A stretch of 63,907 nucleotides of DNA, the filler included, from Candidatus Woesearchaeota archaeon (lineage in GTDB: Archaea; Nanobdellota; Nanobdellia; Woesearchaeales; DATGWN01), in assembly GCA_047603125.1 (NCBI GenBank). It is 6 parts of 6 records of this genome, joined end to end, with 100 filler letters (N's around TTAATTAATTAA, not from the genome) between each part and the next. Parts side by side here need not be neighbours in the genome. Positions count along the whole stretch, not along the records: positions 1 to 11,270 come from JBLKOU010000035.1; positions 11,371 to 22,491 come from JBLKOU010000036.1; 4 more parts are not named here. One strand, given 5' to 3'. Shown piece by piece: positions 10,293 through 20,055 of the stretch. The position numbers were made by a program, and so were the translations under genes. Positions within the stretch are counted from its first letter, which is position 1. The number at the start of each line of letters is the position of its first letter. A model generated the notes under the pieces. That model was given only the letters and a program-made list of their open reading frames with translations, did no database searches and was not told the origin of the DNA.

Positions 10293-10426
10293 TAGTTGGC
10301 GACAAAAGAAAAGCATAACTCCTTGGCGTAAAATCAAAAATCAGAGTGATTGATGCAGCTCTGATTTTGCAAACTTGACAACTGTCGAGAAATCGCCGAG
10401 TTATGCGAAATTAATGCCATCGACTA
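10293..10426 (+). mobile_element. MITE family A, 134 bp, 3-bp TSD AAG
   Basis: Near-identical to the reverse complement of 46752-46885; imperfect TIRs TAGTTGGCGACA/TGCCATCGACTA; AAG on both flanks. Confidence 0.8.
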
Positions 10427-10488
10427 AAGAGACGGACAGTGTTTGAATATCGTCAGATATATAAATAAGTAGTTCTATAAAACTACTT

Positions 10489-11270
10489 ATGAGAAGAAGT
10501 CCGTTCAAAAAAGGTGCAATTGGTATTAAATGCGGATTGCGAAAAAATAAATCAGGCTGGGTACAAAAATATAGATGCACTGCGACTGGCAAGTATTTTA
10601 CAGTACGAGATGGTTTTGAAAAAATGAAAACAAAACCTGAAATTATTGTAGATGCGCTTGATTTGCGTGCGAAAGGTCTTTCGCTTGCAAAGATCTCAGA
10701 TTTTTTGTTTCAAAAATATAAACAAAAAATTGGTAGAGATACTATTTTGTACTGGCAAAATAAGTTTGGAGAAGAAATCCAAACTTTTACTTCTCAATTT
10801 ATATTGGACTTCTCTGAAAATACTCATGCTGATGAAATGTTTCTGAAAAGAAAAGGTGCGCAAATTACTGAATTTATCTATTATTGGGCAGCTATTGATT
10901 ATGATACTAAGTTTCTTCTTGCAGATCACATAAGTTTATGGCGAGAAGAAGAGGAATGTAAAACATTCCTCAAAAAAGTAAAGAAACGTATTAAAAAACC
11001 TCCTAAATATTGTCATACAGATAATAGTTACGATTATCCTAAACCTGTTCGAACTGTGCTAAAAGGCACAGTTCATATACATTTTCCTGCATGGAAAAAG
11101 AAATTTAAGAACAATCCGATTGAACGATATTTCAACACTCTACGTGAAGTAACTAAGAATCTTCGCAAGTTCACATCAGCTCACAATATGCTAAAGCATA
11201 TGCAATTTTTAGCACTTTACTATAATTTTCTTCGACCACATAAAACATTATGTGGTCAAACACCAGCACA
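10489..11270 (+). mobile_element. IS6-like DDE transposase, truncated at contig end
   Basis: HADE, AIDYDTKF, HTDN, NNPIERYF, YNFLRPHKTL; palindrome AAGTAGTT..AACTACTT just upstream of the ATG. Confidence 0.85.
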
Positions 11271-11370
11271 NNNNNNNNNNNNNNNNNNNNNNNNNNNNNN
11301 NNNNNNNNNNNNNNTTAATTAATTAANNNNNNNNNNNNNNNNNNNNNNNNNNNNNNNNNNNNNNNNNNNN
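11271..11370. other. Artificial contig linker
   Basis: N44-TTAATTAATTAA-N44. Confidence 0.98.
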
Positions 11371-11372
11371 TT

Positions 11373-11615
11373 TTATCAAAACCGCTTCCGATAATAGAGG
11401 TTGTGGATGAAGATGTTGCACGGACGAATCAGCGCTTACTTGAGAATCAAGACAAAATTCATGCGCAAATGGGCCTGTCAAGCTTATTTTCTCGAGAGAA
11501 AGACTTTGAGGAGCAAAACGGAGTGTCTTACGGTGATAGTAATGTGTTGCTGATGTTTCCTTGTGTACCACCGTTTGAATCATTGCCTCGAACGGGAACG
11601 GATGATCCATGGTAG
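11373..11615 (+). CDS. 3' fragment of hypothetical protein
   Basis: Frame is open from the contig start. Confidence 0.45.
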   Translation, partial: LSKPLPIIEVVDEDVARTNQRLLENQDKIHAQMGLSSLFSREKDFEEQNGVSYGDSNVLLMFPCVPPFESLPRTGTDDPW

Positions 11616-11746
11616 CGCAGTTCTAACCAACAACTTTATAAATAGGTGCGATTCCCGACTACTATTTCATGCAAAACACGGGGAGACTATTCACATATTG
11701 CACGCTTTTTTTAGTAAACAATTATACAGTGAGTAGTCCATATTAT

Positions 11747-11821
11747 GCCTAAGTAGTGTAGTCCGGTCCATCATGCAACCCTGTCACGGTTGCGACCCGG
11801 GTTCAAATCCCGGCTTGGGCG
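11747..11821 (+). tRNA. tRNA-Asp(GTC)
   Basis: Cloverleaf; GCAACC-CTGTCAC-GGTTGC anticodon arm; GTTCAAAT T-loop. Confidence 0.95.
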
Positions 11822-11824
11822 TAT

Positions 11825-11898
11825 GAACCGTTAGCTCAGTCTGGTAGAGCGTCTGGCTTTTAACCAGCAGGTCGGGAGTTCAAATCTCCCACGGTTCA
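11825..11898 (+). tRNA. tRNA-Lys(TTT)
   Basis: GAACCGT..ACGGTTC acceptor stem; CTGG-CTTTTAA-CCAG; 3 nt downstream of tRNA-Asp. Confidence 0.95.
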
Positions 11899-11922
11899 TG
11901 TTTTTGCATAGGGGGAGTCCAC

Positions 11923-12162
11923 ATGGAAGAATTTAAGATATCATCACACGTTTTGGTTCCGGAGCATAGTAAACTTTCTGATAAAGAAAAACAAGATTTA
12001 TTTGAAAAGCATAAAATAACATTTGTTGGATTACCAAAAATCTACAAGTCTGATAGTGCAATCAAGCATTTAGATGTTATAGAAGGTGATGTCATTAAAA
12101 TTGTTCGAAAAAGCCCAACAGCGGGTGTTTCAGTATTTTACCGAGGTGTAGTCAATGAGTGA
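11923..12162 (+). CDS. rpoH: RNA polymerase subunit H (Rpo5)
   Basis: HVLVPEH, LPKI, GDVIKIVRKSPTAG, YR. Confidence 0.95.
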   Translation: MEEFKISSHVLVPEHSKLSDKEKQDLFEKHKITFVGLPKIYKSDSAIKHLDVIEGDVIKIVRKSPTAGVSVFYRGVVNE

Positions 12163-13648
12163 GTCCAAGCAAAAGCCACAAAGCAATATATTAATAGAGT
12201 CTTTTTTTAAAGAAACATCGCCGCTTAATTCTAATATCAATTCATTTAATTTTTTTATTGATAAATTACTTCCTGACATTATTCGTCAAAATAATACTAT
12301 TGAACCAACGATTATCCCGTCAAACATTGATGATTTTAAAATCAAATTTGATAAAATTTGGGTGGGTAAACCTGAAATTACGGAAGCAGATGGTTCTAAG
12401 CGTGATTTATATCCGCTTGAAGCGCGACTTCGAAATTTATCGTATGCGGCACCAATCTTTTTGGAAATTAGTGTTCATATTAATGGAATTCAGCGGGAAA
12501 GTTTTTCGACACAAGTTGGAAGCATGCCAATTATGCTTAAATCCAAGAATTGTCATCTGAGTAAACTCACACGTGATGAGTTGATTTTTCGAGGTGAGGA
12601 TGGAGACGATCCGGGTGGGTACTTCATAATTAATGGAACAGAAAAAGTTCTCATTCACATTGAAGATTTGGCAGCAAATAAATTCATGGTTGAGTCAAAA
12701 GCGGTTGGGCCAGTTTCTCTTGCGGGGAGAATATTTAGTGAATACGGACCATATAAAATTCCTCATAATTTTGAAATCTTAAATGATGGGCTGACATACT
12801 TGTCGTTTACACGATTAAAACGTGTTCCGCTCTTTTTAGTGATTAAGGCGCTAGGAATGCTTAAAGACGAAGATATTGTTCGTGCAATTGAATTAGAGTC
12901 AACGGATCAAGTTATGTTGAATTTATCCAATGTAATGACAATTAAAACACAAGAAGAAGCACTTGATGCGCTTGCAAAAAAAGCAGGAATTACGCAAACA
13001 AAAGAGATTCGATTAGAAAGAATTAATGATGTGCTTGATAGATACTTGCTTCCACATTTAGGTATTACAACAGCTGATCGTAATGAGAAAGCAAAGAACT
13101 TAGCAAAAATGTTCAAACAGTTAATTATGGTTCATGAGGGTCTTGTAAGTGTTGATGATAAAGATCATTATAAAAATAAGCGAATAAAAATGGCAGGGGA
13201 CTTGCTTGCTGATTTGTTTGAATCGAATTTGCGAGTATTAGTTGATGATTTAATTTATAATTTTCAGCGTATTGTTAAGCGAGGGAAATTTCCGAGCATT
13301 AAAGTTATTATTCGTGATAAATTACTCACGCAAAGAATCTATAGTTCAATGGCAACAGGAAACTGGGTTGGAGGAAGGAAAGGTATTTCGCAAAGAATTC
13401 AGCGATGGAATTACATGGAAACACTTTCAAGTTTACAGCGTGTAATGAGTCCACTTTCAGCATCACAAGAAAATTTTGATGCGCGAGCACTCCACCCAAC
13501 ACATTTAGGAAGACTTTGTCCTGTTGAGACTCCGGAAGGAACAAATATTGGACTACGAAAAAATCTTGCGTTACTCAGTGAGTCTTCATTAGAAGCAGAT
13601 GAAGGAGAAGTTGTAAAGACGCTTGAGTCTTTTGGATTAAAACGGTGA
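12155..13648 (+). CDS. rpoB2: RNA polymerase subunit B'' (Rpo2N)
   Basis: EARLRNLSY, DPGGYFIINGTE, CPVETPEGTNIGL. Confidence 0.95.
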   Translation: MSESKQKPQSNILIESFFKETSPLNSNINSFNFFIDKLLPDIIRQNNTIEPTIIPSNIDDFKIKFDKIWVGKPEITEADGSKRDLYPLEARLRNLSYAAPIFLEISVHINGIQRESFSTQVGSMPIMLKSKNCHLSKLTRDELIFRGEDGDDPGGYFIINGTEKVLIHIEDLAANKFMVESKAVGPVSLAGRIFSEYGPYKIPHNFEILNDGLTYLSFTRLKRVPLFLVIKALGMLKDEDIVRAIELESTDQVMLNLSNVMTIKTQEEALDALAKKAGITQTKEIRLERINDVLDRYLLPHLGITTADRNEKAKNLAKMFKQLIMVHEGLVSVDDKDHYKNKRIKMAGDLLADLFESNLRVLVDDLIYNFQRIVKRGKFPSIKVIIRDKLLTQRIYSSMATGNWVGGRKGISQRIQRWNYMETLSSLQRVMSPLSASQENFDARALHPTHLGRLCPVETPEGTNIGLRKNLALLSESSLEADEGEVVKTLESFGLKR

Positions 13649-15463
13649 TTGATGATGAAAGAAGTTTTTGTTAATGGAAAATATGTTGGACAGATCGAAA
13701 ATGTTGATGATTTTATTTCACAAATTCGAGAAAGTCGACGAAGTAATAAATTGGATAAAAATGTTAATGTGTATCAAGATAAAAAAACAGAATTTGTCTT
13801 TATAGAAACAGGAAAAGGTCGATTGAGACGGCCACTTATTGTTGTTAAAGACGGAAAATCTCTTGTAACGCAAAAGCATATTTCTCAGCTTCAAAGCGGC
13901 GAGCTTGTTTTTAGTGATTTAGTCAAACAAGGGTTTGTTGAATATTTAGATGCTGCTGAAGAAGAAAATGCATTTATTGCATTTACTCCTGAGCAAATTA
14001 CAAAACATCATACGCATGCAGAGATTGCGCCAATAGATATTTTTGGTTTATGTGGAAGTTATGTACCTTTTGCAAATCACTCGCCGGGAGCGCGTGTTTC
14101 TATGGGTGCAAAAAATCAAAAGCAAGCATTGGGATTATATGCAACAAATTATTTGACGCGCTTTGATACAGATGTAAATGTTCTTTTATCACCGCAAGCT
14201 CCATTAGTAGAAACAGTGATGCATGAAGTTTCTCATTATAATAAGCACCCGAGTGGTATGAATTTTATTGTTGCAATTATGAATTATCAAGGGTATAACC
14301 TTGAAGATGCAGTTGTTCTCAATAAAGGTTCCATTGAGCGCGGTTTAGCAAGAAGCTTTTACTATAATCCATCCAGTGCAAGTGAATTGCGCTATAGTGG
14401 TGGTTTGATGGATCATATTACAATTCCTGAAAAAGAAGTAAAAGGATACCGTATAGAAAAAGATTATCGATTCTTAGAAGAAGATGGTATTGTATTTCCA
14501 GAAGCAGAAATTGAAGAAGGAGATGTTGTCATTGGACGAATTTCACCGCCTCGATTTTTAGCAAGCGGAGATGAATATAATTTAGCATCGAGTCATCACA
14601 GAGAAAGCTCAGTCGTTGTCAAGCCTCAAGAAGGTGGACGAGTTGACTTTGTTATGATTACTGAAAATGAAGAAGGAAATAAACTCATTCAAGTTCGAAT
14701 GCGCCAACAACGAATTCCAGAAGTAGGAGATAAGTTTACATCTCGACATGGACAAAAAGGAATTGTTGGACTCATCGTTCCAAGTGAAGATATGCCTTTT
14801 TCAGTTAGTGGAATTACACCTGACTTGATATTTTCACCAAATGGTGTTCCGTCACGGATGACGATTTCACATTTATTAGAGTTATTGGGTGCAAAGGTTG
14901 CATCCTTGAGTGCTCGAAAAGTTGATGGAACAACATTTACTTCAGAAAGTGAACATGATTTACGAGATGAACTTGAAAATCATGGCTTTCGAGATAATGG
15001 AAGCGAAACATTTTATGATGGAATCACAGGAGAAAAAATTGAAGCAACAATTTTTGTCGGCAGTATGTACTACATGAAGCTCAAACATATGGTTTCAAAG
15101 AAAATGCAATCTCGTGCGCGAGGTCCAATCCAGCTTCTCACTCGTCAACCAACAGAGGGACGTGCAAAAGAAGGAGGTCTTCGATTAGGGGAGATGGAAA
15201 AGGATGCACTTGTTGCACATGGTGCTTCACTACTCTTAAAGGAGCGATTTGATTCTGACTTGACAGTTGTTCCAGTTGCAGAACTTGCAGGTATTGTCGC
15301 AACAGAAGAAGAGCTCAAAAAGAAAGGGTATTCAATGAGTGCTGATAGCACACAAACAGATTCAGTATCAAATGTAGAAATGTCATATGCATTTAAGCTG
15401 TTACTTGATGAATTCAAGAGTATGGGTATTTACCCACGGTTGGTCTTAAAAGACAAATATTAG
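13649..15463 (+). CDS. rpoB1: RNA polymerase subunit B' (Rpo2C)
   Basis: GDKFTSRHGQKG, RQPTEGRAKEGGLRLGEME; start may be 13652 or 13655. Confidence 0.95.
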   Translation: MMMKEVFVNGKYVGQIENVDDFISQIRESRRSNKLDKNVNVYQDKKTEFVFIETGKGRLRRPLIVVKDGKSLVTQKHISQLQSGELVFSDLVKQGFVEYLDAAEEENAFIAFTPEQITKHHTHAEIAPIDIFGLCGSYVPFANHSPGARVSMGAKNQKQALGLYATNYLTRFDTDVNVLLSPQAPLVETVMHEVSHYNKHPSGMNFIVAIMNYQGYNLEDAVVLNKGSIERGLARSFYYNPSSASELRYSGGLMDHITIPEKEVKGYRIEKDYRFLEEDGIVFPEAEIEEGDVVIGRISPPRFLASGDEYNLASSHHRESSVVVKPQEGGRVDFVMITENEEGNKLIQVRMRQQRIPEVGDKFTSRHGQKGIVGLIVPSEDMPFSVSGITPDLIFSPNGVPSRMTISHLLELLGAKVASLSARKVDGTTFTSESEHDLRDELENHGFRDNGSETFYDGITGEKIEATIFVGSMYYMKLKHMVSKKMQSRARGPIQLLTRQPTEGRAKEGGLRLGEMEKDALVAHGASLLLKERFDSDLTVVPVAELAGIVATEEELKKKGYSMSADSTQTDSVSNVEMSYAFKLLLDEFKSMGIYPRLVLKDKY

Positions 15464-15470
15464 GTGAGAT

Positions 15471-18053
15471 ATGATGAGCAGTTCAAACTATGTGTATAAA
15501 AAAGTGGATTCAGTTGTTTTTGGTTTATTATCGCCAAAGATGATTAAACAAATGTCCTTTGTAAAAGTTGTCACTCCAGAACTTTATGATAGGGAAGGAT
15601 ACCCTGTAGACGGAGGACTTATGGATTTACGAATGGGTGTTATTGATCCAGGTCTTCGATGTAAAACATGTGGATTAAAATTAAAAGAATGTCCGGGTCA
15701 TTTTGGGTATATTGAATTAGCAAGACCAGTCATTCATGTGAAATTTGTTCCATTAATTTTGAATTTATTGCGCTGTACTGATCATGAAACAGGAAGAATT
15801 TTAATTCCTGATGAAAAAATCACAGAATATGCAAAAGCACTTGATAAAGCAGAATTAGAGGGTGGTTTGGATGCACGGCGTGCAATGATTAAAGAAATAA
15901 TTGCGAGTTTAAAAACAATAAAAAAGTCACCACACTCAAAAGCAAAACAAAAATCAATTACATTAGAAAAGCCAACAACATTTTTAGAAGATGAGCGACG
16001 CTTAACACCAATTGAAATTCGTTCCCGATTAGAAAAGATACCTGATGAGGATCTGGTCTTATTTGGTCTGAATCCAAAATATATGCGTCCTGAATGGATG
16101 GTTTGTACAATTCTTGCAATACCGCCAGTAACAATGCGCCCATCAATTACACTTGAAACGGGTGAGCGCTCAGAAGATGATTTAACGCATAAATTAGGTG
16201 ACATTGTTCGAATCAATCAACGATTATTTGAAAATATTAATGCGGGCGCACCAGAAATTATTATTGAAGATTTATGGGATCTCTTGCAATATCACGTGAC
16301 AACATTCTTTGATAATGAAGTTGCACAATTACCGCCAGCTCGACATAGAAATGGACAGCCATTAAAAACAATTACTAGTAGAATTAAAAGTAAAGAAGGT
16401 CGAATCAGAAATAATTTAGCAGGAAAGCGAACAAACTTTTGTGCACGAACAGTTGTTTCTCCAGATCCGATGATTGAAATTAATGAAGTAGGTGTTCCTG
16501 AAATTGTTGCAAAAAAAATCACTATTCCAGAACGGGTTACAGAATGGAATATGAAGTACTTGCGACAATTTATTGAACGAGGTGCTGATGCGTATCCTGG
16601 AAGTAATTATTTAATTCGACCTGATGGGAGAAGAAAACGAGTTACTGATGAAACAAAAGAGGCACTCTTAGAAGAATTACAACCGGGTTATGTTGTTGAG
16701 CGACATCTCTTAGATGGGGATGTTGCATTGTTTAACCGACAACCGACATTGCACAGAATGAGTATGATGTGTCATAAAGTTCGTGTGATTCCAGGAAAGA
16801 CATTTCGCCTACATCCTGCAGTAAATAAACCATATAATGCGGATTTTGATGGGGATGAGATGAATTTACACATTCCACAAACAGAAGAAGCACGTGCAGA
16901 GGCGGAATTATTAATGCTCGTAGAAACACAATTGATAACACCTGGATATGGCTTGTCAATTATTGGTCTGATGCAGGACGGTATTTCAGGTAATTATTTA
17001 CTCACACAGGATTCGTTTACATTGTCAAGAAGACAGGCAGTTGAATTGTTGTATAGAATTCGACATACTGATTTTTCACGTCTACCAAAAAAAGATACCG
17101 TTACAGGAAAAGAAATATTTAGTTGTATTTTACCTGATGACTTTCATTTTGAAGGAATGGGAAAAAATAAAGAGCCAATTGTTATTAAAAATGGTATTTT
17201 GAAAAGTGGAGTGATGGATTCTGCAAACCTTGGTGGTGGAAAGGGTCTTCTTTTGCGTTCCATTCATAAACAATATGGTGCAAGCTTTGCCTCAGCATTG
17301 ATTGGAAAATTTTTGCGCTTGGGTATTGCAGCTTTAGAATTAAAAGGATTGTCGGTAAATGTCTCCGATACTGATCTTGCTCCTGAACATGTTGAGCAGA
17401 TTAAAAGTATTGTAGAGACGGCAAATCAAGCAGTTTCAGATTTAATTTCCCAAAAAACAAATGGGACATTAGAATCACTTCCAGGAAGAAGCGATGAGCA
17501 AACATTGGAACTTCGAATATTGGAAGTTCTTAACAAAGCACGTAATGATTGTGGAGATATTGTTGCAAAATATGCAAGTAAGGACAGCGCAACAGCTGTT
17601 ATGGCAACAAGTGGCGCGCGTGGAAATATTATTAACCTTGCGCAGATGGCTGCAAATGTTGGCCAACAATCTCTTGGTGGTGGAAGAATTCAAGCAGGGT
17701 ATACAAATCGAACATTGTCATGCTTTCAAGATTTTGATTTGACTCCAAGTGCCCGTGGTTTCATTGCACATAGCTTTAAATCAGGATTGGATCCGAGTGA
17801 ATTTTTCTTCGCAGCAATGACTGGTCGAGATGGTCTGATGGATACTGCTCTTCGAACGCCAAAATCGGGATACTTATACCGACGTTTGGAAAATAGTATG
17901 CAGGATTTAAAGATTGGATACGATGGAACAGTTCGTGATGCAAATGAAAAAATCATTCAGTTCTCCTACGGAGAAGATGGAATTGATGTTTCAAAATCAG
18001 AAGGTGGCGTGCTTAATGTAAAGCAAGTAATCGCACGGGTGCTTAATAACTAA
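15471..18053 (+). CDS. rpoA1: RNA polymerase subunit A' (Rpo1N)
   Basis: NADFDGDEMN catalytic motif, NRQPTLH, CPGHFG. Confidence 0.97.
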   Translation: MMSSSNYVYKKVDSVVFGLLSPKMIKQMSFVKVVTPELYDREGYPVDGGLMDLRMGVIDPGLRCKTCGLKLKECPGHFGYIELARPVIHVKFVPLILNLLRCTDHETGRILIPDEKITEYAKALDKAELEGGLDARRAMIKEIIASLKTIKKSPHSKAKQKSITLEKPTTFLEDERRLTPIEIRSRLEKIPDEDLVLFGLNPKYMRPEWMVCTILAIPPVTMRPSITLETGERSEDDLTHKLGDIVRINQRLFENINAGAPEIIIEDLWDLLQYHVTTFFDNEVAQLPPARHRNGQPLKTITSRIKSKEGRIRNNLAGKRTNFCARTVVSPDPMIEINEVGVPEIVAKKITIPERVTEWNMKYLRQFIERGADAYPGSNYLIRPDGRRKRVTDETKEALLEELQPGYVVERHLLDGDVALFNRQPTLHRMSMMCHKVRVIPGKTFRLHPAVNKPYNADFDGDEMNLHIPQTEEARAEAELLMLVETQLITPGYGLSIIGLMQDGISGNYLLTQDSFTLSRRQAVELLYRIRHTDFSRLPKKDTVTGKEIFSCILPDDFHFEGMGKNKEPIVIKNGILKSGVMDSANLGGGKGLLLRSIHKQYGASFASALIGKFLRLGIAALELKGLSVNVSDTDLAPEHVEQIKSIVETANQAVSDLISQKTNGTLESLPGRSDEQTLELRILEVLNKARNDCGDIVAKYASKDSATAVMATSGARGNIINLAQMAANVGQQSLGGGRIQAGYTNRTLSCFQDFDLTPSARGFIAHSFKSGLDPSEFFFAAMTGRDGLMDTALRTPKSGYLYRRLENSMQDLKIGYDGTVRDANEKIIQFSYGEDGIDVSKSEGGVLNVKQVIARVLNN

Positions 18054-18058
18054 GGTGA

Positions 18059-19183
18059 ATGAACATGAATAAAATATACGCAGCATATAAAGATAAATTA
18101 CCTCAATATATACTTGAACAAACACAAGAAACGGTTCCTGCAGATATTAGTGATGCAAAACTAAAAGAAGTTCTTGAAGCATTAGTTGTTGAATATCAGT
18201 CGCTCCAAGTTGCCGCTGGCGAGAGTGTTGGTATTATTTCTGCCGAATCCATTGGTGAGCCAAGTACGCAGATGACGTTAAACACGTTTCACTTTGCTGG
18301 GGTTTCAGAGATGAGTGTTACAACAGGTCTTCCGCGGATTATTGAAGTGGCAGATGGTCGTAAAAACATAGGGACGCCATCGATGGAAATTTATTTGGAA
18401 AAACAGTATGGTGATGCTGAAGGTATTAAAGAATTTGCAATTTCTATAAAAGAAAATTATTTGCGAGATTATGCAAGCTCATTTTCTATTGATGTGGCAG
18501 AGGGCGCAGTCATTGTTGAATTACAAGAAGCTCGTGTGAAAAAAATTGGTGTTGATGGTATTATCGCAGTTCTAAAAAAGTCGTTTAAAGGTAACACAAT
18601 CAAAGCAAAAGATTTTTCTATTAGCATCAAGGCAAAAGCAAAAGAAAATGATATTGTGAGTATTTACAAATTACGCGATAAACTCAAAAAACAATATGTT
18701 TCTGGAGTAAAGGGAATAACGCAAGTATTGCCAGTAAAGCGAGATTCTGAGTATGTTATTATGACTGCTGGAAGTAATCTCAAAGATGTATTAAAGCTAA
18801 AAGGAGTAGATAGCTCACGAACGGTAACAAATGATTTTTATGAAATTGAATCTGTTCTTGGTGTGGAAGCTGCACGACAGGTGGTTATTGATGAAATGAT
18901 GAAAGTTATTGACTCGCAAGGACTCTCAGTTGATATTCGCCATATTATGCTTGTAGCTGATACAATGGCTGTGAGTGGAAAAATAAAAGGTGTTACAAGA
19001 TATGGTGTTGTTAGTGAAAAATCATCTGTTCTGGCACGTGCGTCATTTGAAACACCAATTAAACATATTATTAATGCAGCAATGGTTGGAGAAAAAGATC
19101 GTTTGTCCTCCATTGTAGAAAATGTTATGCTTAATCAACCCATTCCTGTAGGGACTGGTTTGCCAAAGCTTCGCATGAAGTAA
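18059..19183 (+). CDS. rpoA2: RNA polymerase subunit A'' (Rpo1C)
   Basis: SIGEPSTQMTLNTFHFAG, LARASFE. Confidence 0.96.
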   Translation: MNMNKIYAAYKDKLPQYILEQTQETVPADISDAKLKEVLEALVVEYQSLQVAAGESVGIISAESIGEPSTQMTLNTFHFAGVSEMSVTTGLPRIIEVADGRKNIGTPSMEIYLEKQYGDAEGIKEFAISIKENYLRDYASSFSIDVAEGAVIVELQEARVKKIGVDGIIAVLKKSFKGNTIKAKDFSISIKAKAKENDIVSIYKLRDKLKKQYVSGVKGITQVLPVKRDSEYVIMTAGSNLKDVLKLKGVDSSRTVTNDFYEIESVLGVEAARQVVIDEMMKVIDSQGLSVDIRHIMLVADTMAVSGKIKGVTRYGVVSEKSSVLARASFETPIKHIINAAMVGEKDRLSSIVENVMLNQPIPVGTGLPKLRMK

Positions 19184-19190
19184 TTACTTT

Positions 19191-19246
19191 ATTCCAATTT
19201 GGCGGGTTTAAAACCCCAAAGCTTTGCTTTGGTGCTAAATTGGAAT
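19191..19246. other. Branched palindrome after the rpo operon (terminator or REP-like)
   Basis: Outer stem ATTCCAATTTGGC/GCTAAATTGGAAT encloses GGGTT-TAA-AACCC and CCAAAGC-TTT-GCTTTGG; lies between convergent genes. Confidence 0.55.
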
Positions 19247-19311
19247 CTTGAAAAATTTGGTCGCGAAGCGATAGATTGGACGTATACTTAGTAGCTTGCT
19301 GCGCAAGTAAT

Positions 19312-20001
19312 TCAATCTAAAGATTTTTCTTTGATTTTTTTTCTTCTTATTGTGTTTTGTGAAAATTCTAGATACGTGTTTTGATTTAAAAAAAAGAGTC
19401 CACCAATAGAAGGGACGATTGTTATTTCTTGATTTTTATTGAGAATTGGTGTATGAAGGTGCCCGCAAAAAATATGCTCGACATTTGCTTGCACGAGGTG
19501 TTGTTTTATCTGCGTGTATGCATTTGGATCATGAAAGCAGAGAATACAATTTCCTTGAACTGTTTGCAAGAATTGATTTTGCTGTCGCTTTTTTTTGCGA
19601 GCATATGCATCAAGTTCTGTGGCAGTATAGAGTGAAGAGCTGATAACGACCCAAGTTTGTTTATCACATGTGAAAGAGTAAAATAGTGGTGAAAAATATG
19701 ATTCAAAGAGTGTGATTGATTCTTTGTTTGGTTTTGCTCCTAAATCGTGATTTCCGCAAACAAAATACGCGGGCTTGAGTTTTTTTGCAACATGAGCGAT
19801 GCGCGGTTCATATTTTTGTTCTAATCCTTTTTTACCCCCTTCACAAATATCGCCGAGTATGATTTTTGGTTTTTTTAAAAAAGGAATTTTTCGTATGTTT
19901 GCATGTTGCCAAAAGGCAAAAATCCAAGATATATATTTATAGGGTTTTTTATTTCCGATAGGTAGATGCAAATCCGAATATAAATGTAGTTTTTTTTGCA
20001 T
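19312..20001 (-). CDS. Calcineurin-like metallophosphoesterase
   Basis: SDLH, GD, GNHD, GHLH. Confidence 0.85.
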   Translation of the reverse strand: MQKKLHLYSDLHLPIGNKKPYKYISWIFAFWQHANIRKIPFLKKPKIILGDICEGGKKGLEQKYEPRIAHVAKKLKPAYFVCGNHDLGAKPNKESITLFESYFSPLFYSFTCDKQTWVVISSSLYTATELDAYARKKKRQQNQFLQTVQGNCILCFHDPNAYTQIKQHLVQANVEHIFCGHLHTPILNKNQEITIVPSIGGLFFLNQNTYLEFSQNTIRRKKIKEKSLD

Positions 20002-20055
20002 ATTTTTGGATTATGAGTGATAATGTTTATAAAGCTATATTTCTTTTGCACCTTT

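Noticed and set aside
10313..10407. Family A copies as a true integron cassette array
   Set aside because: Copies are solitary, intergenic and TSD-flanked rather than separating tandem genes; only the attC-like resemblance is retained.
11271..11370. Recurrent TTAATTAATTAA in N runs, and ORFs running into them
   Set aside because: Synthetic linker; the complete contigs are size-sorted (11121, 10923, 10887, 10841 bp), so cross-linker gene neighbourhoods are meaningless.
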